From Eledone cirrhosa (Eukaryota), in the NCBI GenBank assembly GCA_964016885.1, contig OZ024741.1, positions 37,324,001 through 37,388,000 on the forward strand: a stretch of 64,000 nucleotides of DNA, read 5' to 3'. The position numbers and the translations under genes are program-made. Below, piece by piece: positions 11,801 through 24,574 of the stretch. Every line of letters starts with the position of its first letter. The stretch's first letter is position 1. The notes below the pieces were generated by a model. The model saw only the letters and a program-made list of their open reading frames with translations. It had not been told where the DNA came from and did no database searches.

Positions 11801-14800
11801 TGGTAGTGGCGACAGTGGTCTGTAGTGGTGGGGGTAATAGTGGAGGTTGTAGTGGTGGTGTTGTTGTTGTTGGGGTGCTGGTGATGATAGTGGTAGTGGT
11901 GACAGTGGTTAGTAGTGGTGGGGGTAATAGTGGAGGCTGTAGTGGTGGTGTTGTTGTTGTTGGGGTGCTGGTGATGATAGTGGTAGTGGCGACAGTGGTC
12001 TGTAGTGGTGGGGGTAATAGTGGAGGTTGTAGTGGTGGTGTTGTTGTTGTTGGGGTGCTGGTGATGATAGTGGTAGTGGTGACAGTGGTTAGTAGTGGTG
12101 GGGGTAATAGTGGAGGCTGTAGTGGTGGTGTTGTTGTTGTTGGGGTGCTGGTGATGATAGTGGTAGTGGCGACAGTGGTCTGTAGTGGTGGGGGTAATAG
12201 TGGAGGTTGTAGTGGTGGTGTTGTTGTTGTTGGGGTGCTGGTGATGATAGTGGTAGTGGTGACAGTGGTTAGTAGTGGTGGGGGTAATAGTGGAGGCTGT
12301 AGTGGTGGTGTTGTTGTTGTTGGGGTGCTGGTGATGATAGTGGTAGTGGCGACAGTGGTCTGTAGTGGTGGGGGTAATAGTGGAGGTTGTAGTCGTGTTG
12401 TTGTTGTTGTTGGGGTGCTGGTGATGATAGTGGTAGTGGTGACAGTGGTCTGTAGTGGTGGGGGTAATAGTGGAGGCTGTAGTGGTGTTGTTGTTGTTGT
12501 TGGGGTGCTGGTGATGATAGTGGTAGTGGTGACAGTGGTCTGTAGTGGTGGGGGTAATAGTGGAGGCTGTAGTGGTGTTGTTGTTGTTGTTGGGGTGCTG
12601 GTGATGATAGTGGTAGTGGCGACAGTGGTCTGTAGTGGTGGGGGTAATAGTGGAGGCTGTAGTGGTGTTGTTGTTGTTGTTGGGGTGCTGGTGATGATAG
12701 TGGTAGTGGTGACAGTAGCTTGTAGTGGTGGGGGTAATAGTGGAGGCTGTAGTGGTGTTGTTGTTGTTGTTGGGGTGCTGGTGATGATAGTGGTAGTGGT
12801 GACAGTGGTCTGTAGTGGTGGGGGTAATAGTGGAGGTTGTAGTGGTGGTGTTGTTGTTGTTGTTGTTGTTGGGGTGCTGGTGATGATAGCGGTAGTGGTG
12901 ACAGTGGTTTGTAGTGGTGTGGGTAATAGTGGAGGTTGTAGTGGTGGTGTTGTTGTTGTTGGGGTGCTGGTGATGATAGTGGTAGTGGTGACAGTGGTCT
13001 GTAGTGGTGGGGGTAATAGTGGAGGTTGTAGTGGTGGTGTTGTTGTTGGGGTGCTGGTGATGATAGTGGTAGTGGTGACAGTGGTTAGTAGTGGTGGGGG
13101 TAATAGTGGAGGCTGTAGTGATGGTGTTGTTGTTGTTGTTGTTGTTGGGGTGCTGGTGATGATAGCGGTAGTGGTGACAGTGGTTTGTAGTGGTGTGGGT
13201 AATAGTGGAGGTTGTAGTGGTGGTGTTGTTGTTGTTGGGGTGCTGGTGATGATAGTGGTAGTGGTGACAGTGGTCTGTAGTGGTGGGGGTAATAGTGGAG
13301 GTTGTAGTGGTGGTGTTGTTGTTGGGGTGCTGGTGATGATAGTGGTAGTGGTGACAGTGGTCTGTAGTGGTTTGGGTAATAGTGAAGGTTGTAGTGGTGG
13401 TGTTGTTGTTGTTGTTGTGGTGCTGGTGATGATAGTGGTAGTGGTGACAGTGGTCTGTAGTGGTGGGGGTAATAGTGGAGGTTGTAGTGGTGGTGTTGTT
13501 GTTGTGGTGCTGGTGATGATAGTGGTAGTGGTGACAGTGGTTTGTAGTGGTGTGGGTAATAGTGGAGGTTGTAGTGGTGGTGTTGTTGTTGTTGGGGTGC
13601 TGGTGATGATAGTGGTAGTGGTGACAGTAGCTTGTAGTGGTGGGGGTAATAGTGGAGGCTGTAGTGGTGGTGTTGTTGTTGTTGTTGTTGTTGGGGTGCT
13701 GGTGATGATAGTGGTAGTGGTGACAGTGGTTAGTAGTGGTGGGGGTAATAGTGGAGGTTGTAGTGGTGGTGTTGTTGTTGTTGTTGGGGTGCTGGTGATG
13801 ATAGTGGTAGTGGTGACAGTGGTCTGTAGTGGTGGGGGTAATAGTGGAGGTTGTAGTGGTGGTGTTGTTGTTGTTGTTGTGGTGCTGGTGATGATAGTGG
13901 TAGTGGTGACAGTGGTCTGTAGTGGTGGGGGTAATAGTGGAGGTTGTAGTGGTGGTGTTGTTGTTGTTGGGGTGCTGGTGATGATAGTGGTAGTGGTGAC
14001 AGTGGTTTGTAGTGGTTGGGGTAATAGTTGAGGCTGTAGTGGTGGTGTTGTTGTTGTTGGGGTGCTGGTGATGATAGTGGTAGTGGTGACAATAGTTTGT
14101 AGTGGTGGGGGTAATAGTGGAGGCTGTAGTGGTGGTGTTGTTGTTGTTGTTGTGGTGCTGGTGATGATAGTGGTAGTGGTGACAGTGGTTTGTAGTGGTG
14201 TGGGTAATAGTGGAAGTTGTAGTGGTGGTGTTGTTGTTGTTGTTGTGGTGCTGGTGATGATAGTGGTAGTGGTGACAGTGGTTTGTAGTGGTGTGGGTAA
14301 TAGTGGAGGTTGTAGTGGTGGTGGTGTTGTTGTTGTTGGGGTGCTGGTGATGATAGTGGTAGTGGTGACAGTGGTTTGTAGTGGTTTGGGTAATAGTGGA
14401 GGTTGTAGTGGTGGTGGTGTTGTTGTTGTTGGGGTGCTGGTGATGATAGTGGTAGTGGTGACAGTGGTTTGTAGTGGTTTGGGTAATAGTGGAGGTTGTA
14501 GTGGTGGTGGTGTTGTTGTTGTTGGGGTGCTGGTGATGATAGTGGTAGTGGTGACAGTGGTCTGTAGTGGTGGGGGTAATAGTGGAGGTTGTAGTGGTGG
14601 TGGTGTTGTTGTTGGGGTGCTGGTGATGATAGTGGTAGTGGTGACAGTGGTCTGTAGTGGTGGGGGTAATAGTGGAGGTTGTAGTGGTGGTGGTGGTGTT
14701 GTTGGGGTGCTGGTGATGATAGTGGTAGTGGTGACAGTAGTTTGTAGTGGTGGGGGTAATAGTGGAGGTTGTAGTGGTGGTGGTGTTGTTGTTGGGGTGC

Positions 14801-14838
14801 TGGTGATGATAATGGTAGTGGTGACAGTGGTTTATAGT
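5840..14838. repeat. GT-rich minisatellite, unit about 90 bp (87-99), roughly 100 copies
   Basis: Unit GGGGTGCTGGTGATGATAGTGGTAGTGGTGACAGTGGTCTGTAGTGGTGGGGGTAATAGTGGAGGTTGTAGTGGTGGT(GTT)n. Confidence 0.99.
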
Positions 14839-15500
14839 GGTCGTTGTGGCGGTGGTGTTGGTGATGCTGGTGGTGATGGTGGTGGAGGTGATGGTTGTGG
14901 TGGTAATGGTGGTGGTGATGGTGCTGGTGGTGGTTGTGGTGGTTGTGGTGGTTTTAGTGATGTTGGTGGTGATGGTGGTGGTGGTGATGGTAGTGGTGGT
15001 GGTGGTGGTGGTGATGGTGATGGTGGTGATGGTTGTGGTGGTGATAGTGATGGTTATGATGGTTGTTGTGGTGGTGGTGCTGGTGGTGGTGTTGGTTGTG
15101 GAGGTGATGGTGATGGTGATGGTGATGGTGGTGATAGTGCTGGTGGTGGTGTTGGTGCTGGTGATGGTAGTGGTGGTGCTGGTGATGCTGGTGATGGTGA
15201 TGGTGGTGATGGTTGTGGTGGTGCTGGTGGTGATGGTTGTGGTGGTGATTGTGGTGGTAGTGGTGATGGTGGTGGTGGTGCTGATGGTGATAGTGCTGGT
15301 GGTGATGGTAGTGATGGTGGTGGTGTTGGTGGTGCTGGTGGTGGTGTTGGTGGTGCTGGTGGTGCTGGTGGTTGTGGTGATGATGGTGGTAGTGGTGATG
15401 GTGGTGGTGGTGCTGGTAATGGCAATGATGATGGTGATGGTTGTGCTGGTGGTGGTCGTGATGGTGGTGCTGGTGGTGGTGATGGTAGTAGTGATGGTTG
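14839..15500. repeat. Degenerate (GGT/GAT/GCT)n triplet microsatellite
   Basis: Direct reading. Confidence 0.95.
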
Positions 15501-15574
15501 AAGGGTCTGACATTCTTTTGGTTATAGTCGTAACAGTTCTACACAATAAATAATGAAAGAGTATAAAATAATAA

Positions 15575-15761
15575 ATAATTGTTTCTACTTTAGGCACAAG
15601 GCCAGCATCACCAGTTCATTACTGGTACTTTATTTTATCGACCCCGTAAGGATGAAAGGCAAAGTCAACCTCGGCGGGATTTGAACTCAGATCGTAAAGG
15701 GACGTAACTATGCTGGAAAGCATGGCGTCCGACCCTCTACCGATACTGCCAATCCACGGCC
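15575..15761 (-). mobile_element. tRNA-derived Nin-domain SINE
   Basis: A-box TGGCAGTATCGG; B-box GAGTTCAAATCCC; GCCTTTCATCCTTACGGGGTCGATAAA core; duplicated ATAAAATAATAAATAAT flanks. Confidence 0.85.
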
Positions 15762-16239
15762 ATAAAATAATAAATAATGAAGCTGTAAACATTTTGATTT
15801 GCTAGAAGCATCTTTGATTTGTTACAAGTACATTCTCTTATGGAAGAACGCTATATGCCAGATGTTAAAGGCCATCATGGCTTGAGACTGACATTCTGCT
15901 GTGTGAACCTGCAAAAGATTGCTGTTATCTCTGATACTTGAAACATTGATGGTAAATAAAGACAGACAAAAGAAAACTTACTAAGTATGTGCTGATAAGA
16001 TGTTTTAAAATAAAAGGTGAGAAAATGAATAAAACTTCAGGCAGAATAATGCCTTAGCTACTTATTGGAATCAAGTTACTCTAAAACAAATAAAGAATGG
16101 GCGCATAATATTTGCAAGTGTGTACATGGAAAAACAATGGACATATGAGTGTCAGCTGAAAATTTCATAGGCTGACTATGAAGGAGTGATGCTAGAGCTG
16201 TGAAATCTTGTATGCATTAATTCCAACTCTTCTTATCAA

Positions 16240-17258
16240 CCTTTTAGCATTTACATTACTCTATATTTACTATTGTATTTTCATGGTAAACACTTTACTT
16301 TAATATTGCAACATTAAAAGAATATATCCTTCTGAAAGAATCTCGAGCAATTTATAATGTTATCTAAGCATTTGCAATGTTATTTATGTATATATTTAAA
16401 ACATATTTGTTATGTTACTCTACTGTAAATTTATTTATATACTTTGTATAAATTATAACTACTTCCTGTAGAAGAGAAAATTACAACTTCTTCCTGTAGA
16501 AGAGAAAAAGTAAAACATGTTCAGAAAAATTTTAAACTTGCAATTTATAAATTAAAACAATGAAAAAATAAAATGTTACCACCTCACATAATTATTTCAC
16601 ATAATATCAAACCTATGAAACCCCATTAGCAGACATTCGTGAAAAGTATAAACAGCACTGTAACTACATCACATAAAAATTTGAAGTCTTTGCTTTAGTT
16701 AATTGCAAATTTTCACAAAGATCTGTTCACTGTAAACATTAAAACATACAAGACCATTTTTAGATATTTTCTTCTAAATCATTAGAGGGTGTTAAAAATT
16801 AATTGTTTCTACTTTTGGCACAAGGCCAGCAATTACCCCCAGTGCAACACTGGTACTTTATTTTATTGACCCCATAAGGATGAAAGGTAAAGTTAACCTC
16901 GGCGGGATTTGAACTCAGACCGTAAAGGGCCGTAACTCTATGCTGCAAAGCGTGGCGTCCGACACTCTACCGATACTGCCAATCCATACCAATAGGAAGT
17001 TAAAAATTAATGTAAGTGATTAAGCTTTCCATGGGCATGTGTAGCTTTAACCCTTTAGCATTTACAGTACTCAATATTTACTATTGTATTTTCATGGTAA
17101 ACACTTTATCTCACATAATATTGAATCTATGAGATTTTGATATTATTTATTTTGTGAACAATACCTTAACATAAGTATGAGCAACCAGTTATGGTTGGTT
17201 TGAACAGAAAGAGGTGAGAGAATTTTGGCCTGATATGGCCGGTTTAAATGCTAAAGGG
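16240..17258. mobile_element. piggyBac-like non-autonomous element with two left ends (16240, 17051) and one right end
   Basis: TTAA|CCCTTTAGCATTTA ... TAAATGCTAAAGGG|TTAA. Confidence 0.75.
16799..16990 (-). mobile_element. Nin-domain SINE
   Basis: Same family as 15575. Confidence 0.85.
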
Positions 17259-17949
17259 TTAATAACTGCATTGTTTCTTTCCAGGGACTATGTTGAAAAA
17301 TAAACCTCATTTGGTCATTTCCTGAGAGGTATCTTGGTCAGCCTATGAACTTTTCAGCCAACCTTCATAAACAACAAATGAATATAAATATCTCTTCTTC
17401 AGCCACTCCCTGGAAATATAATTTTGTACATTAAGGGAATTGTATATTTATAACAGGTCGTGCAGTGCCTTAAAAAATATTTAAGGGGCTGTGTGACTTG
17501 ACAATAATAACATACAAAATTGTATTTCCAGGGAGTAGCTTAAGAGGTTGCTTGTATTTATTTGCCATTTATGTTCATTTTTTTAATGTCCATTTTTTTA
17601 AAAATAAATAAATAAATAAGAAGCCTTTCATTACCATATTTCTAATTTTGTTGTCTATGATTTTCAATTAATTTTGAAAATAATCAAGAATTTGGAGGAA
17701 TTTAGTAATGAATCATCTGGTGGTTGGAACTTCACTTAACAAAGGTTCTTATATAAAATTAGGATGGTAGTCTGTTTTAGGTAAATATAAACATTTAACC
17801 CTTTCATATTTCTAATGAAAGAGACTGGCTATGATTTTTTTTATCATTTTGAAAGTAGTAAAAAAACTGAACAGAATATTACATTGGAAGATAATACTAT
17901 TTTCAAGACTATAATGTTCTTTAAAATGTCAAAGAATTTAGATTGAAGT

Positions 17950-18115
17950 CCAGGCATGGGTGTGTGGTGGAGGAGTTCGCATCACAACTACATTGTTTTG
18001 GGTTCAGTCCCACTGCATGACACGTTGGGCAAGAGTCTTCTACTATAGTCTCAGGTTGACCAATGACTTGTGAGTGAAATCTGGCAGGCGGAAATTATGT
18101 AGAAGTCTATTGTAT
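17950..18115 (+). mobile_element. tRNA-derived CORE-like SINE
   Basis: GGGTTCAGTCCC B-box-like; TTGGGCAAGAGTCTT core-like. Confidence 0.6.
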
Positions 18116-18636
18116 ATGTATGTGTACGTATATGTGAGTTTGAGTATGTGTTACAGTATGTTTGTTTATGTTCCTTGAATTCAACAAAAAGAAGTCAATA
18201 TAAATATGTACAAGGCTTGAAACAAATAGAACAGTAGTTGATATCATTGATTAAATCCTTTCAATATAGTGCCCCAGCATGGCCACAGCTTGCTAGCAGA
18301 ATTCAGTAAAAGAAATAAAAGAAAGACAAGAAATATTTTTTTTAAATGTACTGGAGGATTAATAAAGTCACAAATTAACAGCAAAATTTCATGTCCATGT
18401 CCACACCCACAGAGGTTATATTTATATTGTTGAAAATTGCAAACTTGACTGTCACCACACATTTTGAACCTGAAAATTGCGAAAGCATGAAAGTACTTGT
18501 TCAATTAACACTTAACATTTAATATTCTACCATACTATTTCATTTTAATACAATTATAAATTTTAAAGGATTGTAAATAAAACGAGTAAATCAGACAAAG
18601 TTGGAATTCCTTTTATTCATACACACCCGTGTATAT

Positions 18637-18723
<87 letters not shown>

Positions 18724-19574
18724 CACCATAAATAGTATTAGTAACAGTAGTAACAGTAGCAGTAACAATTCTTTTTTCTTGTGTGGCTCTGTGCCACATC
18801 TGTTTAAATAAGATATATATATTTCTAAAGGGAATGTCAGAGTTACAAAAAATACATTACATAAATTGATAAATTCCCTGCTTGAAAATATATATTTGCG
18901 AGGTTAAACCTTTTGATATTAAACAACTTGAAACCACCCCTGATTATATGATTCTCAACTGTTTATTTTAAAGTGTTTATGCTTATCTAAAAACCTTTCA
19001 TCGTAGTTTTATGTAAGAACATTTGTTATGTTCCAAAAACCAGATAAATAACAAGAAAGTTAGTTATATTACTAAATTCTTCCAACTTCTTGATTATTTT
19101 TTAAATGATTTGAAAATCATAGGGAGTGTCTTTCATTAGAAATATTGTAACAAAAACATTAAATTGTTTATATTTATCTGAAAACCTTTTGTGATAGTTA
19201 TATATAAAAACATTATGTTCCAAACAGCAGATGACTAACGAGAAAGTTAGTTATATTACTAAATTCTTCCAAATTCTTGATTATTTTCAGAATCTTTGAA
19301 AATGATAGACAGTGTCTTTCATTAGAAATATGGTAATAAATGGTTTTAAAATAAAGCAGGAGAATAACAGCTGGAGGATTGTGGTTCTGTCTCCTACTAC
19401 GGTTCCATCCTGACGGCTGGATTTACAACATGAGTAGGCAGTGACTTGCAGAGTTGTAAGATCACAGGGCAAAATACTTTGTTTACTTTTGTTCCAGCTC
19501 TCTGCACTTTCATCCCAGCTACAGCTGAAGTACTTAGATACACAACCAAGTGTGTGTGTATGTGTGTATGTGTG

Positions 19575-19925
19575 TTAGACCGTTTATTGATCCAGTAAGG
19601 ATGAAAGGTAAAGCTAACCTCGGCAGGATATGAACACAGAACATAAAGGGCTGTAACTATATGCTGCAAAGCATGTTGTCTAACACTCAAATGAGACTAC
19701 CAATCCACTACCCTACTTCAAGGAAATAATATTGTTTCTACTTTTGGCACAAGGCCAGTAATTACCCAGTACATTACTGGTACTTTATTTTAATTTTATC
19801 AACCCCGTAAGGATGAAAGGCAAAGTTAACCTCGGCGGGATTTGAACTTAGATTGTAAAGGGATATAACTATGCTGGAAAGCATGGCGTCTGACCTTCTA
19901 CCGATACTGTCAACCCACCACCCTA
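19575..19925 (-). mobile_element. Two adjacent Nin-domain SINEs (one partial)
   Basis: Same family motifs. Confidence 0.8.
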
Positions 19926-20224
19926 CTTTAGGGAAATAATATAATGATATTTTGAGACAGTTGCACATAAAATGGATGACATCCTCAGTGGTAATTCCAA
20001 ACATTGTTCACTGGTTGTCAGATATAGAGCTGTTGTCAGATCTAGGGGTGTTTTTACCTGCGGCTGTATCTCTTTTGTGCATCAAATATTTCCTTATTAT
20101 TTCTTGTGTCTTCATTCCAGATACATCCTCTTGAAAGTGACATCTAATACCCTATGAATGATGTATGTGCATACGTATGTGTGTATGCATGTATGTATGT
20201 ATGTATGTATATCGGGTCAGTTTT

Positions 20225-21397
20225 GAGTGCTACTGGTAACATGTAACCCAGTACAACCTGACGCATGGTCGCGTCGCCGGCGACTAAACCGGCAACCCCA
20301 CCAAGTTTACTTGGTGAGAAGGGTGATTTTGGACACCCTGTCGGACAAAAAACAAAACCTGACAATGGGCAGAAGAATTCATGAGTCAACGACCTTCCAA
20401 AAATGTGCAAATTTGTATATACATATGTATATACATATATATATGTATACACATATATACATATGTGTACATATGCACGGGGACATAGAAATAATCAGCC
20501 TGGATACCCAATCGCATGGTTAAACCACTGAGAGTGAAGGACCCTTAGCCTTTGTCGGGGCATTCTTCTTGGAGGAGGCAACTCAGGAAACTGGGATAAT
20601 TCTAACATAAAACCTACGGCTTAGTAGTTACCATGCCTTCTTTTCTATGTCCCATATCACTATGTGTGGTCTGTTATATTTGAATTTTATTGGGATTTTG
20701 ACTGGAACATTCCACCAGTACTCTTTAATATTATGTATGCATAATATCATTTTAACTTTTTATGTTTCTATATGCATATGTATGTATGTATGTATGTATG
20801 TAGTTGGTGCTACTGGTAACATGTATCCCAGTACAACCTGTCTCATGGTCGGGTCGTTGGCGACTAAACTGGCAACCACACCAAGGTTTCTTGGTGAGGA
20901 GGGTGACTTTGGACATCCTGCAGGACTAAAAACAAAACCTGTCAAAGGGCAAAGGAGCTCTTAAGAGTCAAGGGCCATCCAAAATCACTGGGAGAGATGA
21001 CCCCTTAGCCTTTGTCAAGGCAGAATTCTAGGAGAAGGAAAACTCTGATATAACACCTGCAACCCTGATGGTATCCAATGATGTTGACTTGTTCTTCTTT
21101 TTGGTAAATATCATCTTGGTTAAAAGAGTGGGACTGGCTTTGTGCAGTGCCTTTGCTCACTATAAAAGCTTCACGGCACAGGCATTGCTTTATATCTGGA
21201 GATCTCTCTGCACTTGTCGTCACATGGTACCATGGGACCAGCACTATGTGTCAATAATTGTCACAAGTGTAGTGTTTGTACCAGAGTTTTCAAGTCGCTG
21301 GCTGGACTAAAAAGTCACACTCGTTTAGCGCATCGGTAGGGGTTCTCCTACATGGATGTAAAGTAGTGGCTGTACTCAAAAACGAGTTGGCAGCCAC
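20225..21397 (+). mobile_element. Two copies of an RTE-like 5'UTR / non-autonomous element associated with (TATG)n
   Basis: 20227-20400 resembles 20807-20985; CTAGGAGAAGGAAAACTCTGA resembles RTE 5'UTR motifs; (TGTA)n flanks. Confidence 0.55.
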
Positions 21398-21909
21398 TAT
21401 GTATGTATGTATCTACCTAATCTAATCTAGCTATCTGTATGTTTATCTGTCTATAAATTCACCTCTCTATCCATCTAGATAGCTAACAATCTATCTATCT
21501 GTCCACCCACCCACCTGTCTATCTATCTATCTGTCCACCCATCCACCTGTCTATCTATCTATCCTTCTGTTTGTCAGAATGTCTGGCTCCCTGTCTATGT
21601 CTTTCTATCTATCTATTTATGCCTGTCCCTCTATCTGCTATGTATATTCATAAACAGAACCATAAATATGTATGAGAGATGGACTTTTTTTCTTTTGCTA
21701 CATAGCTCCAGGTTAAAAAAATGTTCTTCTAAGTACACAGTATTCACTGACTCTCCCTAACTAAATTAATTAAGCTGTGCTAGGAAGCAATAGCAGTGAA
21801 TGATACCAATCTTACCCTCTTCTCTCTCTCTCTCTTTCTCTTATCCCCCTCTCTCTCACTCTCTCTGTACACACACACACACATATACATATCTTGTTGC
21901 TTTAAAATA

Positions 21910-22017
<108 letters not shown>

Positions 22018-22289
22018 CTAGATTTCTTTTATTGGCAACAAGGAGACATGATGGTGGAGACAATTCGAGGATGAATTACAATACAAAGTGGGGGTTTACT
22101 TTGAGTAAAAAGATTTAAAATCAACAAATACAATAAATGAAACAATCATTTTCCACCAAGAAATATTCCCCAATAAGGGGAAGACCACCTAGGGTAATTT
22201 AGAAAGAAAACCCCACACATTGGCCTGGATTACTCATTATCGCAAATGGTATTGAAAGTCTCCTCTCACCCAATTTCTTTTGCTCTTAT

Positions 22290-22645
22290 TTTAGAAAAGA
22301 ATAATAATATGTCTATCAAGGAAATTGAGAAATTATCCAAATATAAAGATCTGGAGTTAGAAATAACCTGAATGTAGATGAAGACAGAAATAATCCCTAT
22401 AATAATAATATAAGATCTGACAATGATAAAAAGGCAGGAAAAGTATATATATAAAAGAATATATAACCAGGACTTACAATTATATACAGCATACAGAAAA
22501 TAGCATTACCAGGCACTGCACAGATATGAACATCTCAATACAGTAGAAACAATATCAAAAACATTGCTGCATATGACAAAGGCACACATAGCTATGCTTG
22601 GTAATGCAGAGATAACATGCCATAAAACTAAAATTAATTCAACTA

Positions 22646-22676
<31 letters not shown>
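22290..22676 (+). pseudogene. Decayed 3' end of an RLE-bearing (R4/Dong-like) non-LTR element with (TAA)n tail
   Basis: Translates NMSIKEIEKLSKYKDLELEI and IQKIALPGTAQI, with stops. Confidence 0.65.
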
Positions 22677-22677
<1 letters not shown>

Positions 22678-23042
22678 TGTTTCTACTTTTGGCACAAGGC
22701 AAGCAATTATCCCACAGTGTATTACTGGTACTTTATTCTTTCGACCCCGTAAGGATTGGTTTCTTATATAGGCACAAGGCCAGCAATTTTGGGGGAGGGG
22801 AAAGTCGATTAAATCGACCCCAGTGCGTGACTGGTACTTTATTTTATCGACCCCATAAGGATGAAAGGCAAAGTTAACTTCGGAGGGATTTGAACTCAGA
22901 TCATAAAGGGCCGTAACTCTATGCTGCAAAGCATGGCGTCCGACCCTCTACCGATACTGCTAATCCACCGCCCTTATAATAATAATAGTAATAATAATAA
23001 CAATGATAATAATTGTTTCTACTTTAGGCACAAGGCCAGCAA
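22674..23042 (-). mobile_element. Cluster of Nin-domain SINEs (one full, two partial tails)
   Basis: Family motifs. Confidence 0.8.
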
Positions 23043-23802
23043 CTTGATAATAATAATAATAATAGTAATAATAAAGTATGTGTGTGTCTGTGGTAATAAC
23101 TTTTGTTATAATTGTGTGGGCTTGTATATATGAGTAATGTCAGATAATGTCATATGTGTATTTGAAGAATTTAAGGACCATATATATTTTCTGATAAAAG
23201 TTTACTGTTTTCTTGTTAGGTTATTAAAAGTGTGTTTATGTTGGATAAAGCGAGTTTTAAAAGAGTTGTCAGTTAAGCCAAAACATAAAAAGAAAAATAA
23301 GGTGGAGGGGCAGAATTAGATATGTTAATTTGTATTGCTACACAAATTAATATATCTTAAATATTAATTCTTCTGTTGTACAATTAAGAGTATTTTGGTT
23401 TTCTTTTTGTTGCTGAAGTTTTCATTGGTTGGCTGCAATGGTTTGTGAAAAGCTGGAAGTGTTGGAATAGGGTAATTTTATATTATTTTGTTTCAAGACT
23501 TTATGGCATCTAAGGCATATAAGAAATGGTTGTTTAGGAGTTTAAAAAATGTGACAGTGATTGAAGATTTTAATTGTAAAGTTGTGTGGAGGATTACACT
23601 ACTCTATTTTTATTTTGTAGTTTCCATGTTTAGTTTGGAAATTCGAAGCGTTTCGGTGATATGTAAATTCTTCTCTTTATCCACTTCTTAATATTTCGTT
23701 GTCATATTACATGTTTTCTTGAAAAGATGTTTTCGTTTCAGACAATTTCAAAATCCTTAGGGAAATATTAGAGAACAAGTTTTCTATAAATGTTTCTTGA
23801 GT

Positions 23803-23878
<76 letters not shown>

Positions 23879-24018
23879 GTGTGTGTGTTTCCAGGGTATA
23901 ATATAAAGAATCTATCAATCAAAAACAAATCGGAACGCAATGTGAGTGGGATTTGAACTATAAAGAGTAAATTATGAAGTGAAACGCAGATGAGTGACCT
24001 TCCTTAAATATAGATGTA

Positions 24019-24193
24019 CAGGTAAAATTCCGTTATAACGAATACCATTATAACGAATTTTTCAGTATAACGAAATTTTTTTCAATCCCCAAGGTAATAA
24101 ATAACAAACAAACTCTCGATCTCGTTATAAAGAATTTTTCGTTAAAACGTATTTTTTATACCCCGTGAATTTCGTTATAACGTAATTTTACTG
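24019..24193. mobile_element. pogo/Tigger-like MITE
   Basis: TA|CAGGTAAAATTCCGTTATAACGAA ... TTCGTTATAACGTAATTTTACTG|TA; internal repeats of TATAACGAA. Confidence 0.85.
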
Positions 24194-24357
24194 TATTTTA
24201 AATGTATTCAAATAACACAGAATTATACAGGTATATGTGTGTATTTAATGTGCTTTACATACGCACATTATATATGGTTTATACATTTCAATATTCTCTG
24301 TTTTATTACATTTTAAGTCCTTTATTTGATAATGGTCAACAACTTCATTATTAGCCC

Positions 24358-24538
24358 TTCGGCAGTATCGGTAGAGGGTCGGACACCATGCTTTGAAGCA
24401 TAGAGTTACTTCCCTTTATGATCTGAGTTCAAATCCCGCCGAGGTTAACCTTTGCCTTTCATCCTTACGAGGTCGATAAAATAAAGTACCAGTAATGCAC
24501 TGGATATTTGCTGGCCTTGTGCCAAAAATAGAAACAAT
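24358..24538 (+). mobile_element. Nin-domain SINE
   Basis: Family motifs on the + strand. Confidence 0.85.
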
Positions 24539-24574
24539 ATGCTCGCTCTGTTTATTTTTAAACAGCTATATGTG

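Larger units (their letters stand above)
16144..17369. mobile_element. Tc1/mariner-like MITE split by a piggyBac-like insertion
   Basis: Inverted termini around CAGCTGAAAATTTCATAGGCTGAC / GTCAGCCTATGAACTTTTCAGCC; an uninterrupted copy lies at 31679-31879. Confidence 0.8.

Noticed and set aside
5832-15597. Giant ORFs of 1096, 1456 and 2359 aa
   Set aside because: Products of a triplet-built minisatellite; the minus-strand ORF starts inside a SINE tail; no non-repetitive domain or splice evidence
15830-15920. Minus-strand splice acceptor and possible exon
   Set aside because: No matching donor or coding signal found
23100-23780. Highly decayed PLE-like coding remnant
   Set aside because: Only weak motif hints with many stops
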